A DNA stretch of 60,795 nucleotides, counting the filler, from Squatina squatina (taxonomy: Eukaryota): assembly GCA_031763465.1 (NCBI GenBank). It is 4 parts of 3 records of this genome, joined end to end, with 100 filler letters (N's around TTAATTAATTAA, not from the genome) between each part and the next. Parts side by side here need not be neighbours in the genome. Positions count along the whole stretch, not along the records: positions 1 to 14,668 come from JARFOE010000001.1; 3 more parts are not named here. The stretch is one strand, 5' to 3'. Below, in pieces: positions 1-12,936 of this stretch. The notes under the pieces were generated by a model that saw nothing but the letters and a program-made list of their open reading frames with translations, did not search any database and was not told where the DNA came from. Each line of letters opens with the position of its first letter. Position 1 is the first letter of the stretch. A program made the position numbers and the translations under genes.

Positions 1-1026
1 CGGTGATCATGAAAGGTGCTATAGAAATGCAAGTCTTTCTTTTACTGAGAGACACAACTACACTTCTAGATAGACACAAACTGCTAGACAGACACAGACT
101 GCTATACTGATAGAGATGAACACACGCATTGACTACATTTAAAAAGAGAGAAAAATTGCAGTTTTGTTTTTGAAATATGTAAAATGCGTGTCATCTCTCT
201 GAACCTTTTGAAGAACCAAAACTCCCCTAGGTATTAGATATGAGTTTCCATTACTTCTGAATTAAAAATTAATTAAATATTGCTACAGTTCATACAAAAT
301 CAATATGAATATGCTGACCTACCAGTATAAAATTCAGAGCTATCCAGCCCTTGTTTCAAGGATTTAAAAATCTAAAGCTACATTTGAGACAATGACAGGT
401 ACCTGACGTTGAACACTGCAGACATTTAATTGCAGGTGCTGCAAATGCTGTGACTGGACTTGTCTTTATCTTGCTATTCCTTACATGGTGTAATTCTGAA
501 TGAAAGAGCCTCATATTTGGCGTATCTTGCAAGGACAATGTTTGATTCTTTTCGTATTGTGGTCACTGGTAATAGAACCTGAAGGTTCCATTTTGTGTAG
601 ATATAATTGTGTCTCTGTTTTCCACAGAGATGTATTTCACAGTCAGCGATAGTACCAGTTNNNNNNNNNNNNNNNNNNNNNNNNNNNNNNNNNNNNNNNN
701 NNNNNNNNNNNNNNNNNNNNNNNNNNNNNNNNNNNNNNNNNNNNNNNNNNNNNNNNNNNNACTATACATTAATTTGCTGCTTAAGGAGGTTTACAATCAA
801 CCATCTGCTTGCAAGTGATGAAGATCAGCTCTGCTCTTTATGTGTAAAGGTATCTGCTCTCGTATTCACAGAGCAGCTGGTGACGAGGCTTGGTTCTAAT
901 GGTTCCAACAATAAAAACACAGTGTGAGCGAAGCAGTTTAGTTACCTGACACCTCGCCTGGTATCTGAAGGTCTCCAATTATACCTTGCAATCTTTAATG
1001 TGGAACTAAGTAGCTGAACTCACAAA

Positions 1027-1036
1027 ATGCAGGCAG
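1027..1036 (+). CDS. Candidate short alternative first coding exon (M-Q-A-G/) of the CRACD-like gene
   Basis: cacaaaATGcaggcag|gtaaga gives an A at -3 and a strong phase-1 donor upstream of the first recognised CRACD exon. No homology support. Confidence 0.25.
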
Positions 1037-2083
1037 GTAAGATTTGAAAGTAGCCATTTTATCTTTATTAATGTATCAAATATAATGGATTAGTTCGAAG
1101 CATTCACTCTTTAAGTTACCTGTGTTTAAAATGCGCTATTTGTGTCATAACAACTGCAAAGTAAAATGCGTTAGTAAAAAATTGATTACCTGTCTATAGT
1201 ACTGTTAAGTCAGCTGAGCGTACAGACAATTCTAGGTGTAGAATAAAGGTGTTTTTATGTAAACAGCAGCAATACGGTTTGGAGCTTTTTCTCTATAATG
1301 GTAATGGCAGATCAAAGAGGAAAGCAAGAATGAGTGGGATCAACAAACAAGATAGAGCACTTAATATTGTATCAGCAAAGTGAAAACCTTTTATTTATGG
1401 TGAAAGAATTGTTCCTTTTTATAATCGAATTTTAAATCAGTGGTTTATGCAGGTAATTTATTATTGCCATTGATCAAATTTTTCAATAACAAAACTAAAA
1501 GCAATTAGGAATTGGTAAGCTGTGTATTCAGTATTAACCTTGTCAACAATCATTTGACAGCTTTCTAAATGCGGAACTTAATGAAGTAAGGTTTTCGTAA
1601 GTAAAATGTTGAGCAAGTCCTTTAGCTTGAGGAGGGGAGGGAGAAAATCTTGAAAGATGTGTCTGATTATTATCAGGCTGACGTCATACACTAGTGACAT
1701 AATTTACATAATTGCACCATGTGTTTGCACAGTAAACCTCTGCAATGAAGGCACATTTGCTAGCAGTTTTACTTCATGTGTTACAGGCAATATTCTACTA
1801 TTTAACATCTGTTGAGAAATACCAGTGGGAATAAAAATCATGGCAAAGCAATTTCATCTGATTTTCTTCAGCTACTAAGTTCTATAAAGATACTTAAAGC
1901 GTTTTTCAAACTTGCATGTACCAATACAATACTTTTAATCAGAACTCAATGATAACAGATGTTTCAACTACTATGGTATCACANNNNNNNNNNNNNNNNN
2001 NNNNNNNNNNNNNNNNNNNNNNNNNNNNNNNNNNNNNNNNNNNNNNNNNNNNNNNNNNNNNNNNNNNNNNNNNNNNNNNNNNN

Positions 2084-2340
2084 AACTTCACATTGAGACA
2101 TTATACTGCATCTGCCATGTTTTTGCCCACTCACTTAGCCTGTCTATCGCCTTGAAGCCTCTTTATATCCTCCTCACAACTCACATTCCCACCTAGTTTT
2201 GTGTCACCAGCAACCTTGGAAATGTTACATTTGGTCCCCTCATCTAAATCATTGATATAGATTATGAATAGCTGGGGGCCTGAGCACCGATCCATGCGTG
2301 GTCACTGGTCACTGCCTGCCAACCTGAAATTGATCCGTTT
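2084..2340 (-). mobile_element. CR1 LINE reverse transcriptase fragment
   Basis: Reverse complement of the INDLDEGTKCNISK.A.DTKLG region seen in other copies (12937+, 54053+). Confidence 0.8.
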
Positions 2341-2399
2341 ATGATGGTATATAAGCACTGGCAAACATTTAAAGAAATATACCAGAATTTAACAAATAT

Positions 2400-3039
2400 T
2401 CATTTCAATGAGCAATAAAAACTCCACGGAAAAAGTGTTCAATCAGCAGCTAACTAAAGAAGAAGGATAATATTAGATTTTAACAAAAGGCTTATGTTGT
2501 AAGAGGCAAGGTATAGTAGCAAGCCTGAGGTTTGGGAGAGCTTTGGAAACCAGCAACAGATGACCAAAAAAAAATTTTTAAAGGGAGAAAATAGAATGAA
2601 AGTAAACTAGCAAGAAATACAAGAGCTTTTACGAGTATGGAAAAAGGACGAGAGCAGCAAAAGTAAACACTGATCCCTTAAAGGTTGAGACAGGAGAAGT
2701 TATAATGGTGAATAAGGAAATGGCAGAGACTTCAAACAAATATTTTGTATCAGTCTTCACAGTAGAAGACACAAAAAGCAGCAAATTGGTGGGGAACCAA
2801 GGAGCTAATGAGTGTGAGGTACTTAAAGTAATTAAAATCAGTCGAGAAAAAGTACTTGAGAAACTAATGGAACTAAAAGCTGACAAATCCCCTGGACCGG
2901 ACGTCCTACATCCTAGGGTTTTAAAAAGAGGTGGCTGTAGAGATAGTGCATGTATCGGTTGTGATCTTCCAAAATTCCCTCAGTTCTGGAACAGTCCCAG
3001 CAGATTTGAAGGTAGCAAACGCAACCACATTATTTAAGA
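2400..3039 (+). mobile_element. CR1 LINE ORF2 fragment, frameshifted
   Basis: Encodes KEMAETSNKYFVSVFT and LKADKSPGPDVLHPRVLK, then DLKVANATTLFK in another frame. Confidence 0.85.
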
Positions 3040-3141
3040 NNNNNNNNNNNNNNNNNNNNNNNNNNNNNNNNNNNNNNNNNNNNNNNNNNNNNNNNNNNNN
3101 NNNNNNNNNNNNNNNNNNNNNNNNNNNNNNNNNNNNNNNGC

Positions 3142-3261
3142 ATGGGAACAAGGGCATTGTCACATGACAGTATTTTTATCCCAGAGGGTTCAACAGGCGA
3201 TGGAGCAGCGGCACAAGTGACATCCCAGGAAAACAACCCAGGAAAAGTCCAAACCCTTCAG
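3142..3261 (+). CDS. CRACD: CRACD exon (5' part lost in gap): MGTRALSHDSIFIPEGSTGDGAAAQVTSQENNPGKVQTLQ
   Basis: Matches the recalled human N-terminus MGTRAFSHDSIFIP...GKVKTLQ; donor cag|gtgaga at 3262. Confidence 0.88.
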
Positions 3262-4084
3262 GTGAGAGGTGTTACAATGACAGGGTGATACCAACACTGC
3301 ATTGACCGGAAGAGGCTGGTGCATTCAGGCGGGCCGTGTAGATCTGACCTGAACCAACTCTTGCAGTTGTTATTGGCTTTGCATATGTAATGGTTGTCTC
3401 AAACCAACCCCAATTTGGGCTGGTTCAGTGCCCAATTACAGGAAATATTTTTAAATTCGCTCACTTTTAAGGAGTTACGAAGATAATGGCATGGAGTGAA
3501 ACAGCACTGTAAAGTAGGCATTTACTGGTGGACTGAGATTTTCACCTTTAATCTAACACATGCTGAATACTTTAGCAAATTATACACAGGGTGTCATGTT
3601 CTTTTTTTATTGATTCACTACTGCTGGCAAAGTCATTTGTTTACAGGTAAGCATCTGGGTAGGGCAGNNNNNNNNNNNNNNNNNNNNNNNNNNNNNNNNN
3701 NNNNNNNNNNNNNNNNNNNNNNNNNNNNNNNNNNNNNNNNNNNNNNNNNNNNNNNNNNNNNNNNNNNACAGGTGAACATCGTACGCACCCGGAGGGACCT
3801 CAAATCCTGCCCCATTAAGTGCTGGAAACACGGTGCAAGTCAAACACAGCATCTGTGGAGAGAGAAGTAACAAATTAGCATTTTAGGCATAAACCTTCAT
3901 CAGAAGTGTTCCAGTGTTTTCTATTTTTGTTTCAGATTTCAAACATCTGCAGTAGTTGGTTTTTAATTTTAAACTAAAACTAAAAAAAATAGTCAATCCA
4001 TGTGCATTGTGTAACCTTAATGTATTTTGTAAATCTTTACATTTTTAGACCTAAGTGTCTGTTATGAATACAGCTGTTTTATAG

Positions 4085-4276
4085 GCTACATCTGTTCAAT
4101 CTTCATGGCCCACTAGTCCCCCGTCTTCAGCGAGTTCTGTTGGGACCACTGAATCAATTAACCTTGATGCAGTCCCACAGTCTATGAGCCGCCTGGACAA
4201 CACTGCTGCTAAACATAAACTTTCTGTCAAGCCACGAAATCAGAGACTCTCAAAGAAACATGGGAGACTGGCACAG
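4085..4276 (+). CDS. CRACD: CRACD exon, DUF4592-type motif (ESINLDAVPQSMSRLDNTAAKHKLSVKPRNQRLSKKHGRLAQ)
   Basis: Acceptor ttttatag at 4077-4084, 192 nt open frame, donor cag|gtaaat. Matches recalled human LDNSAAKHKLAVKPKKQRVSKKHRRLAQ. Confidence 0.9.
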
Positions 4277-4509
4277 GTAAATGTACTGTTAAGTTTATTG
4301 TGAGAATTTTGAATATTTTTGTCTTTAAAGTTAGGACAGTTTTCAATCACCACATAATGCCAGTGGGGTTCTATGGAAAAATCATCATACAATTTAAGTA
4401 CGCTCTGAAATGTTGATTGAACTGTTATTCACTGGACAGTGAAATTATTCACTGTGATTGAATGAATAAATGTAGTTTTTTACAGTTCTTATATATTTAA
4501 CAATAGCAT

Positions 4510-4980
4510 TTACCATAGATGTTTACAGCACAGAAGGTGACCATTTGGCCCACTGTGCCTCTGCTGGCTCTATGCCAGGGTTATCCAAAACTGATCCCAC
4601 TTACACCATAGCCCTGTATCTTCCTCTGCCTCAAATATTTATCCCATTTCTCTTAAAGCAATGGTCTCTGCCTCAATCACTCCCAGTGGTAAAGCATTCC
4701 AATCTCCAATAACCCTGTGTGGGAAGAAATGTCTGCTGACCTCTGTCCTCGCTCTCTTAGTTCTAGTCTAAAATGAATGATCCCTTATCACTGACTCTCC
4801 AAACGGAGGAAAGAATCTTTCCCTATTTACGCTATCAATGCCTTCATAATTTTAAAAAGCTTTATTAAATTTCCTCTTTGCTCTTCTAGTTCACATGTCT
4901 GTCCTCATAACTATAGTTTCTTATTTCTGGTGTACCTACACTGGATGTGCTCTGTGGCTTTAATGTCCTTTCTATAATGG
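4510..4980 (-). mobile_element. Old CR1-type LINE 3' end
   Basis: Begins with the inverted tail (acagcacagaaggtgaccatttggccc), followed by degenerate ORF2 end sequence. Confidence 0.55.
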
Positions 4981-4984
4981 CACA

Positions 4985-5442
4985 CTCAGTAGTGTAGTGG
5001 TTAAGTTGCAAGACTAATAATCCAGAGCCTTAGACTATTGATCCAGAGACATGAGTTCAAATCCCACCACAGCACCTGTGGAATTTAAATTCAATTAATT
5101 AATCTGGAACAAAAAAGCTAGTGTCAGTAATAGTGACCATGAAACTATCAAATTGTTGTTAAAAACCCATCTGGTTTGCTATGGTCCTTTAGGGGAGAGA
5201 ATCTGCCATCCTTACCTGCTCTGGCCTATATGTGACTCCCGCACCCACACCCACAGCAATGTAGTTGACTCTTATCTGCCCTCTGAAATGGCCTAGTAAA
5301 CAACCGCTACAAAAATTCACCTTAAGGACTGCAGCGGTTCAAGATGGTGGCTCATCATTACCTTCTCAAGGGCAACTGGGAATGGGCAATAAATGCTGGC
5401 CTTGCCAGTGACACCCACATCCCAGGAATGAATAAAAAAAAA
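4985..5442 (+). mobile_element. tRNA-derived SINE with LINE-like 3' tail, near full length
   Basis: A-box-like tagtgtagtgg and B-box gagttcaaatcc. The tail gggcaataaatgctggccttgccag...aatgaataaaaaaaa recurs near 19415, 30330, 36450 and 50580. Confidence 0.75.
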
Positions 5443-6069
5443 CTCAAAACTGCACTTCTATAGCCTAACCAATGTTTTGTACATATTTACTTTATGTACC
5501 TATTTACTCAACTCAAANNNNNNNNNNNNNNNNNNNNNNNNNNNNNNNNNNNNNNNNNNNNNNNNNNNNNNNNNNNNNNNNNNNNNNNNNNNNNNNNNNN
5601 NNNNNNNNNNNNNNNNNNNNNNNNNNNNNNNNNNNNNNNNNNNNNNNNNNNNNNNNNNNNNNNNNNNNNNNNNNNNNNNNNNNNNNNNNNNNNNNNNNNN
5701 NNNNNNNNNNNNNNNNNNNNNNNNNNNNNNNNNNNNNNNNNNNNNNNNNNNNNNNNNNNNNNNNNNNNNNNNNNNNNNNNNNNNNNNNNNNNNNNNNNNN
5801 NNNNNNNNNNNNNNNNNNNNNNNNNNNNNNNNNNNNNNNNNNNNNNNNNNNNNNNNNNNNNNNNNNNNNNNNNNNNNNNNNNNNNNNNNNNNNNNNNNNN
5901 NNNNNNNNNNNNNNNNNNNNNNNNNNNNNNNNNNNNNNNNNNNNNNNNNNNNNNNNNNNNNNNNNNNNNNNNNNNNNNNNNNNNNNNNNNNNNNNNNNNN
6001 NNNNNNNNNNNNNNNNNNNNNNNNNNNNNNNNNNNNNNNNNNNNNNNNNNNNNNNNNNNNNNNNNNNNN

Positions 6070-6146
6070 CATGATCATATTGAATGGCGGAGCAGACTCG
6101 AAGGGCCGAATGGCCTACTCCTGCTCCTATCTTCTATGTTTCTATG
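6070..6146 (+). mobile_element. CR1 LINE 3' tail inserted at the CRACD large exon
   Basis: gaatggcggagcagactcgaagggccgaatggcctactcctgctcctat plus an 8-mer tail repeat; the same tail occurs near 10070, 19360, 35205 and 43260. Confidence 0.85.
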
Positions 6147-8180
6147 AATTGGAGGAGCAGAAATTATACGAAGAAGAACAGAAACGTTGTGAAATGGAGA
6201 AACAAAATAGGGAAACAGGAAAGCAATATCATTAGATGGTGGAGTTGAAATTGAAGAAAGAGGAGCAAAGATGTTTTGAGGCAGAAGATCTGGGACAAAG
6301 GCAGGAGAAAGAGGAACTCTATTTCCGTGCTGCTGAAAACAAACATCTGAATTAAGAAGAGCTAAGAGAACAAGATGCGGAAGTGCAAAAACAACAGAAA
6401 GAAGAAAAGAGACAGCATGATTTGAAGAAACAACAGAGGGAAGAAGAACAGAGGCAAAAGGACAGTGAACTGTTAAATCAAGAAGAGCAAAGATTCCTTG
6501 AGGCACAGGAAGAGGAGCAACGTCGAGGGGAACTTAGATGGAAAGAGTTAGATCAAAGACAAACAATGTCAAGGCCATTTTCATTCCAAGTTGCTTCAGG
6601 AGAAAAGCAAATTATTTTTCAGAAAGTTAACCTGACCCCTGTGACCCATCCAAGAGAAACACTTCCTTCTTTAGATGCGAATGACTTACAGTCCTCTCCA
6701 AAGTCAAGTACAGGGCTCTCGTCTTCAATTTATGTTCCCCATACAGCCATTTTGGTTACTGGAGCTCAGCTTTGTCGTACAGCTGTTGATCTGAAACAGG
6801 TCAGAGACTCTGCCTGCAAGTCTTTGCTTGGTTTTTCAGAAGAGAGAAAAACTGCTGATTTGCCACCTGTTGAAAAACCAAATAAATCCAATCATGATAC
6901 GAGAAGTAGAATTGGTAAATCCAAATTCAATCCAGAAGAATCAGTTGACCAGTCAAGATCAACAACTTTAACTGAGTGGGCTACCATTAGGGCTAAAATT
7001 CTTAAAAGTTCTGATGAAAGGTTGCAAGAAAAAGATAGAAGGGTCCATGGCAGACTTAGTGATGACTGGACTACCTTCAGAGTTTCCAGTATGCATAGCA
7101 GCTTGAGAAAAACTCTATCTGCTAATGCAAAATTTTCAATAACACCCGCATGGCAGAAATGGGCAGATGGCAATAAAATCAACGATTGTGAGAAAATTAA
7201 TATCTCTCATGAAACAGAGAAACAAAATGCACCTGAGGAAACCGCGTTTGCACGTAATTGCACAATGGACTCTTCTGAATTTAGTAGGTCTTTGACATCT
7301 GGAGGCATTGTACAGGATGTAGTCAAAGACACAAAAGACGGCTCACATTCTGATATTCACAATATTAGGATAGCAGATGCGACTGAAGGCTATAAGTTTG
7401 CCAAAGACCTTCCCTCATTTCTAGTTCCAAGTCTTCCTGCTACACCAAGGAAGGAGCATTCACTGCCTCAAGCTCAACCTCCCTTTAGTAACCAAGCTGC
7501 TATGAATTTGATCACACAAACTGAAGGGGCAATGGACACCTCACCATTTGTTATAAAATTATGGAGGACACACTATTCCCTTCGGTTCCACTATGAACAG
7601 CAAGGAGAACAAAAAAGGAAGAAGCGATACAGTGCTGGAGATAGTATGGAAGGAATTCCAGCCTTCCTAGCTGCAAAAGAGAAAGAAGGTGAACCATACA
7701 CTGTTTGTTTCTGGTAAGCAATACTCTTATATAGCAAAGATATTAAAAATAACATTTTGAAAGACAGCTCAAATAGCATTTCAGACATTGCACAGACTGG
7801 GATTACACATCTAAGTAGTATTGACGTGGCAAAACATGTTAAAAATAAACTCGCTGCACTTTCAAATGAGAAAATTTCATCGAGGCCACAACCATCTCAA
7901 AAACCAGCTTTAGCACCCAAGCCTACACAGTTCACTCCACCTCCGTCCCCTCACAATACCTTAAACAAGACAGACTTTATTGAGATTGCAGATCACAAAA
8001 ACACAAAGTCTTCACTTGATTCAAATGTGAGAAAAGAAGATGAGAAGAATGATCCCTCAGTACAAACATACAGATTAAAGAAAGAAGAAGAAGAAATAAA
8101 AGATAGAAAATCTTTTTTCCCATCCATCAACATTCCATGGAGGGAGAGGTCAGGCAAAAAGTCAGACTCCATTAAGAAAG
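6147..8180 (+). pseudogene. CRACD: CRACD large exon (Glu-rich coiled coil plus conserved central blocks) with three in-frame stops
   Basis: One frame links ORFs 5477-6235, 6383-7717 and 7757-8233. Motifs include ELRWKELDQRQTMSRPFSFQV, VPHTAILVTGAQLC, KFSITPAWQK, DLPSFLVPSLP and KPALAPKP. Phase-1 donor aaag|gtaggc at 8181. Confidence 0.85.
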
Positions 8181-9808
8181 GTAGGCAAAGTGTGAATTTT
8201 TTTAGGTACCTTTTCAGTAGTATTCCAACCTGAATTATGAGTAGCACGTAGCAATAACTATAGATTCAGAACTTTCAAATTTGGATTCTGTGTTGGGAGG
8301 GCATTTTGAGATGTAAAACACAAGGTGAAGAATAGCTCACATCTGTCCCAATATGGTTTCCTACAGCTCTTTTGATGGAGGTAGTGATTGGAGCAACTTG
8401 AATGACTAAGAATATCACATAGGGAACACATTTTAAAATGCTAAAACTTAAAGGTTTAAGTTTTTTTCCTCAATTCTCTTGTTGAATCTGCATTAAGTAT
8501 TCTCATGACAACAATGAGATTGTACTGTTTCTTCATTTACTCTCTGACATAAAAACTGATCACACAAAATTTGCTTCCACCATGAAAAGTTAAAACTTCT
8601 CCATTTTCACTTGTGGCTGATGTATTGTTATTCTAAAGATGGTTAATATTCTAATACTTCCAGTGTCCTTGATACACTGAATCATTTTGTAATTTCAGAA
8701 CAACTTAGAATTTTTTTTTTACACACCCTACTTCAAACATCTTCCAAAGCAGTTTTTACATTTCATACCATATTGCGGAACTTCACCAAAAGCAAGATAT
8801 AATATTATTTTACAAATGTTTGAACCTAATCTACATTCTACCCTTTCCATCTTGTCGGGATTTTCTGTGATTGCTCAATCGAATTGTTAGCTGTAAATAA
8901 TTTGGTAACAATCCCTTTACAAACCTGTTCTCTGAACTATTCCAGCAACAAATCATCTCTTGTAATCTTCAAGGGTTGACTATCAGTTGCAATAAGGCTG
9001 TGTCAATCTCTGTCTGATAGCTTTTGTTAATTTGTTTAATGCAGAGTTTCTGCTTGCATGGATGGATGTTCTAAAACTAGGCACATCCTTGTTACTAGTT
9101 AACATTTTGTGAAAGTGCTATTCACCTGGGTGCTCTTTATTATTCTAATAGCAATTTTTCTTTTCACAGTACGTGAATTGAGAACTTATAAAATCTGTCT
9201 GCTCGGGAAGACTGTCAATCTCTTGGACCCGGCAGCAGTCTTAATGTTAAATTAGGTCACTTGGGAGGGAGCAGAGGTGAAACTGGATGTTGGCCAAACC
9301 TGAGGCCATCATTTCATTGTGTTTGATGAACTGAGTAGATTGAACCTGTGGAGGTGTCCACAGACTGAAATCTCAGCTCATGTTTAAATTGTGTAAAAAA
9401 AAAAGTTGTGATTTAGCAAAGAAAACCCCTGCTCCTCCTGGTCCCACGAGGAAGGTAAAATGAACAAAAACTTCTGTTAAATGGTCCCGGACTCGCTGCC
9501 TTCACCTGGCAGGAAAACCAAGCTGCTTCCACCCGACTCAGGCCGGAGTTAAAATTGCAGTCGGGGCCCAATGACATTATCAACCCCAATCTGCCTATTT
9601 AAAGAAGGATCCCGCCGGCTTCAGGCATTGGGACTTTCCCACCTGCGCAGTAGAGCAGGTTAAAATCAGGATCGGCACGAAGCAGGCGGGAGACCAACTG
9701 GTAGGTCANNNNNNNNNNNNNNNNNNNNNNNNNNNNNNNNNNNNNNNNNNNNNNNNNNNNNNNNNNNNNNNNNNNNNNNNNNNNNNNNNNNNNNNNNNNN
9801 NNNNNNNN

Positions 9809-10130
9809 TCATGGGGGAGTCTAGGACTAGGGGGCATAGTCTCAGAATAAGCGGTCTCCCATTTAAGACAGAGATTAGGAGGAATTTCTTCTCTCAGAGG
9901 GTTGTGAATCTTTGAAATGTTTTACCCCAGAGAGCTGTGGAGGCTGAGTCATTGAATATGTTCAAGGCTGAGATAGACAGATTCTTGATCAGCAAGGGAA
10001 TCAAGGCTTATGAGGAAAAGGCAGGAAAGTGGAGTTGAGGCGAATATCAGATCAGCCATTATCTCAGTGAATGACGGAGCAGGCTTGAGGGGCCGAATGG
10101 CCTACTCCTGTTCCTATGTCTTATGGTCAT
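9809..10130 (+). mobile_element. CR1 LINE 3' end
   Basis: SRTRGHSLRI...RRNFFSQRVVNL-type ORF2 end followed by the tail. Confidence 0.85.
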
Positions 10131-10139
10131 ATGGAGTTC

Positions 10140-10590
10140 AAAATTAAAAACAATGGCCGACTTACCATTCAAATCCCTATTGTGGGGTCCGTGCCGCGAT
10201 CTTGCAGCACGACACTCGGCTTGTGTGTCGGGCTGCTGCCACAGCACCCCACTCCCTGGTGGTCCAGGGATGGCCCTGTTTTCCACAAGCAGAGTCAGCA
10301 GCTTGGCCCGCCCATTTAATGAAGGGGAAGGCCCTGACTATGCGGCAGCACTACGCATCCCACCGCGTAGCGCTGCGCCCTTCGCGGAGTCCATCCTCCC
10401 CGCTCGCACCCCTCAGAGCAAGTGGAGTGTGACATTTTGCGCTCCGCTTGATCATGATCGCGTTCCACTTGCTCTCGGGAGCGGTAAGCCGAATATAGGT
10501 CGCGGGGCGGGACTTCCGCGCCTGGCGCAGGAACTCCCTCCTCACGGCTGTTAGCACCCCCAAACGGGGCAGTACGCAATTTCGGCCCCT
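10140..10590. mobile_element. GC-rich non-autonomous DNA transposon fragment (probably Harbinger-type)
   Basis: CpG-rich island in an AT-rich intron, ending in caatttcggccc; a similar end occurs near 26080-26114. Confidence 0.45.
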
Positions 10591-11904
10591 ATTTATTCTA
10601 TTTACCTATGATTGGTTGTGCCATCCATCCAAATGTATTACGAATGAAATTTATTTTTAACAATTTTATCTAAACATCTTGCAATTGATTGTATGCTATA
10701 CAAATTTATTCCATTGACACTTATGTTAGCAACTGAGCTAAGCTTGCGTGACGTCAAAGGCTGTGACTAATCCCGAACTCCAGGAATTGAGCGCCTAAGG
10801 TAGGTTGACCCTCAAATGCAGCACTTAGACAGCGCTTTGTTGCTGGAGATGCTCAGGAATTGAAATTTTCAATGTTTAAAATAAAAAATATCCAAAAAAT
10901 TAGATATTGCGCAATAACATTATTAAATTTACTATAGAATTGGCTCTAGTCTTTTAAAGATTTTACTCCAGAACCATCAACTGAAAAGCCAATGGTTTGA
11001 CTGGGCATTCTTTACCCAGAGTAGAAGGGAATTACAAATCATTCCTGTGCAGTCTGAGCATGTGTAGTTTCCAGAATTTCTTCGCATATATTAGTGGAAT
11101 AACTGAGAGCAGTTAGAGAGCTGTTATTTAAAGCATACTGTCTACATAAGAAAGTGTTTGTCAAACATCAGGTCAATGGTGGGATAGTGGCTCAATTCCT
11201 CATGTATGGTATATAGCTGTAGAGTGGAGACCAGAAGTTTTTCTTGCGGGAGGTAGGGGCGAGAGCAGGGAAATTGGAAGGACAGTGACCAGGAATGCCA
11301 TTTGGTGACTAATTTAGAATGTACTGACAGATGTCTGCCAGCAGGTTGCGTTAAGTTGCATTTTCTCAGGAAGACCAGAGCCAAGAGAGAAACAGTAATC
11401 TTACCCGTAAAACTATTTTATGCCAATATTATGCCTTTAGATGTAATAATTGATATATAGATCATGAATTTAGTATTTATACCACACAACTTGAAATCCC
11501 TGTCTCTTTATTCACATCTGTTCTTTGATAAAGTTAATGAAATGTCAATATTTCAGTCCCTTCATAGTTTCATCATCTGGGGTTCTGTGGGGTAAATCCT
11601 GGAGTCAGCATCTGAACATGGAATCTTTTATATTTACTATTTATTACTGAAACATGCTTTTTACTGATATCATCTCAGCCTCATTGAAAGTCTTTATTTC
11701 CTTTTGTTACAGCTTGGGGTAAAATGGGTATTCATTCCCAATAATTGATATTACTGAGCCCTTTTCATCTATTTACTTTTCATTTGTCAAGCGCTGTAAA
11801 TGATTTGCAGTAAATATAGATAATCTAACTGTAAATGTATCACCAGTTTTGTTTCACTAACATTTTTTTGGTGAAAATTAATCAGTTCTACAATTTGTTC
11901 CCAG

Positions 11905-12095
11905 AAAAACCTGTTCTTCAGAGCAGACATTCTCTGGACAGCTCAAGGCTCGTGGACAAGGTAGAATCTGCCCAACCTTTATGGATCACCCTGGCGATGC
12001 AGAAGCAGAAAGGATTCCGCGAGCAGCAGGCCAGCCGAGAGGAGAGAAGGCAAGCCAGAGAAGCCAAGATAGCAGATAAACAGGCTAAAGAAAAT
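11905..12095 (+). CDS. CRACD: CRACD exon (E)KPVLQSRHSLD...QPLWITLAMQKQKGFREQQASREERRQAREAK...KEN
   Basis: Acceptor ttcccag at 11898-11904 is phase-compatible with the donor at 8180; donor gtatgc at 12096. Near-identical to the recalled human C-terminal block. Confidence 0.92.
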
Positions 12096-12936
12096 GTATG
12101 CATCTCCTGTCATCCTAAGGTTTAATATTAGATTGATAGTCTGAATCAAATGGACTGCATATCTAGTCTGAGGGGAGCAGGTTTCATTATAAAACTGTTG
12201 GTCGTATTAAGATTGTTACTTCTGGTAGAGATCAACAGTAATGATGGTGACAATATTTGCTTCCTTTAATACAACCATCATTTGCACAGTGTAGTTATCA
12301 AATTTCTACTGCTTTCACCATTGGGACCACAATTAATGTTATAGGTTTTTTTTCAATTTGTCTTTAGTCCTGTTGTTTGGAAGATTTGGCAGCATTGAAT
12401 GAACCTAAGTTAAAGAAAATGTTTGGTTTGAAAATATGTTAAAAGTTTGTGGTTTACTTGTCCAACATAGATAACAGTTTATTTGTGGCCATTTTAAAAA
12501 TATTTTCTTTGAATTTTAACGACAGCTTTTTTAACTTATTTACACCTTGTAGGGCACTAACAGCAAAAGAGAAGTAATTGCTGTGAATCACCAGCTTTAA
12601 TTACATTAGTATAATGCCAGCAATGTGGATTAAAAGCCATAAAACTTAGCAAGTTGTTCCAGATATGTGGCTATCCATATCTATCACTGCCTCCTTAAGA
12701 GCAGTAACTCCAGTTGTCCTATCCTCCTCTCTCACTGACCTTCCCACTCAAGACTCTACCCACCTACAACCCCACCACCCCGCCCACCCTCAAGGACTGT
12801 CCCAACATTACTCTCCAGAATGTGTGTTCAATTGTANNNNNNNNNNNNNNNNNNNNNNNNNNNNNNNNNNNNNNNNNNNNNNNNNNNNNNNNNNNNNNNN
12901 NNNNNNNNNNNNNNNNNNNNNNNNNNNNNNNNNNNN

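Noticed and set aside
4985-5070. tRNA gene
   Set aside because: The A/B boxes belong to a SINE head; there is no cloverleaf and a SINE body and tail follow.
6383-7717. 444-aa ORF as a standalone gene
   Set aside because: It is the stop-to-stop interval of the CRACD large exon and starts at a non-ATG codon.
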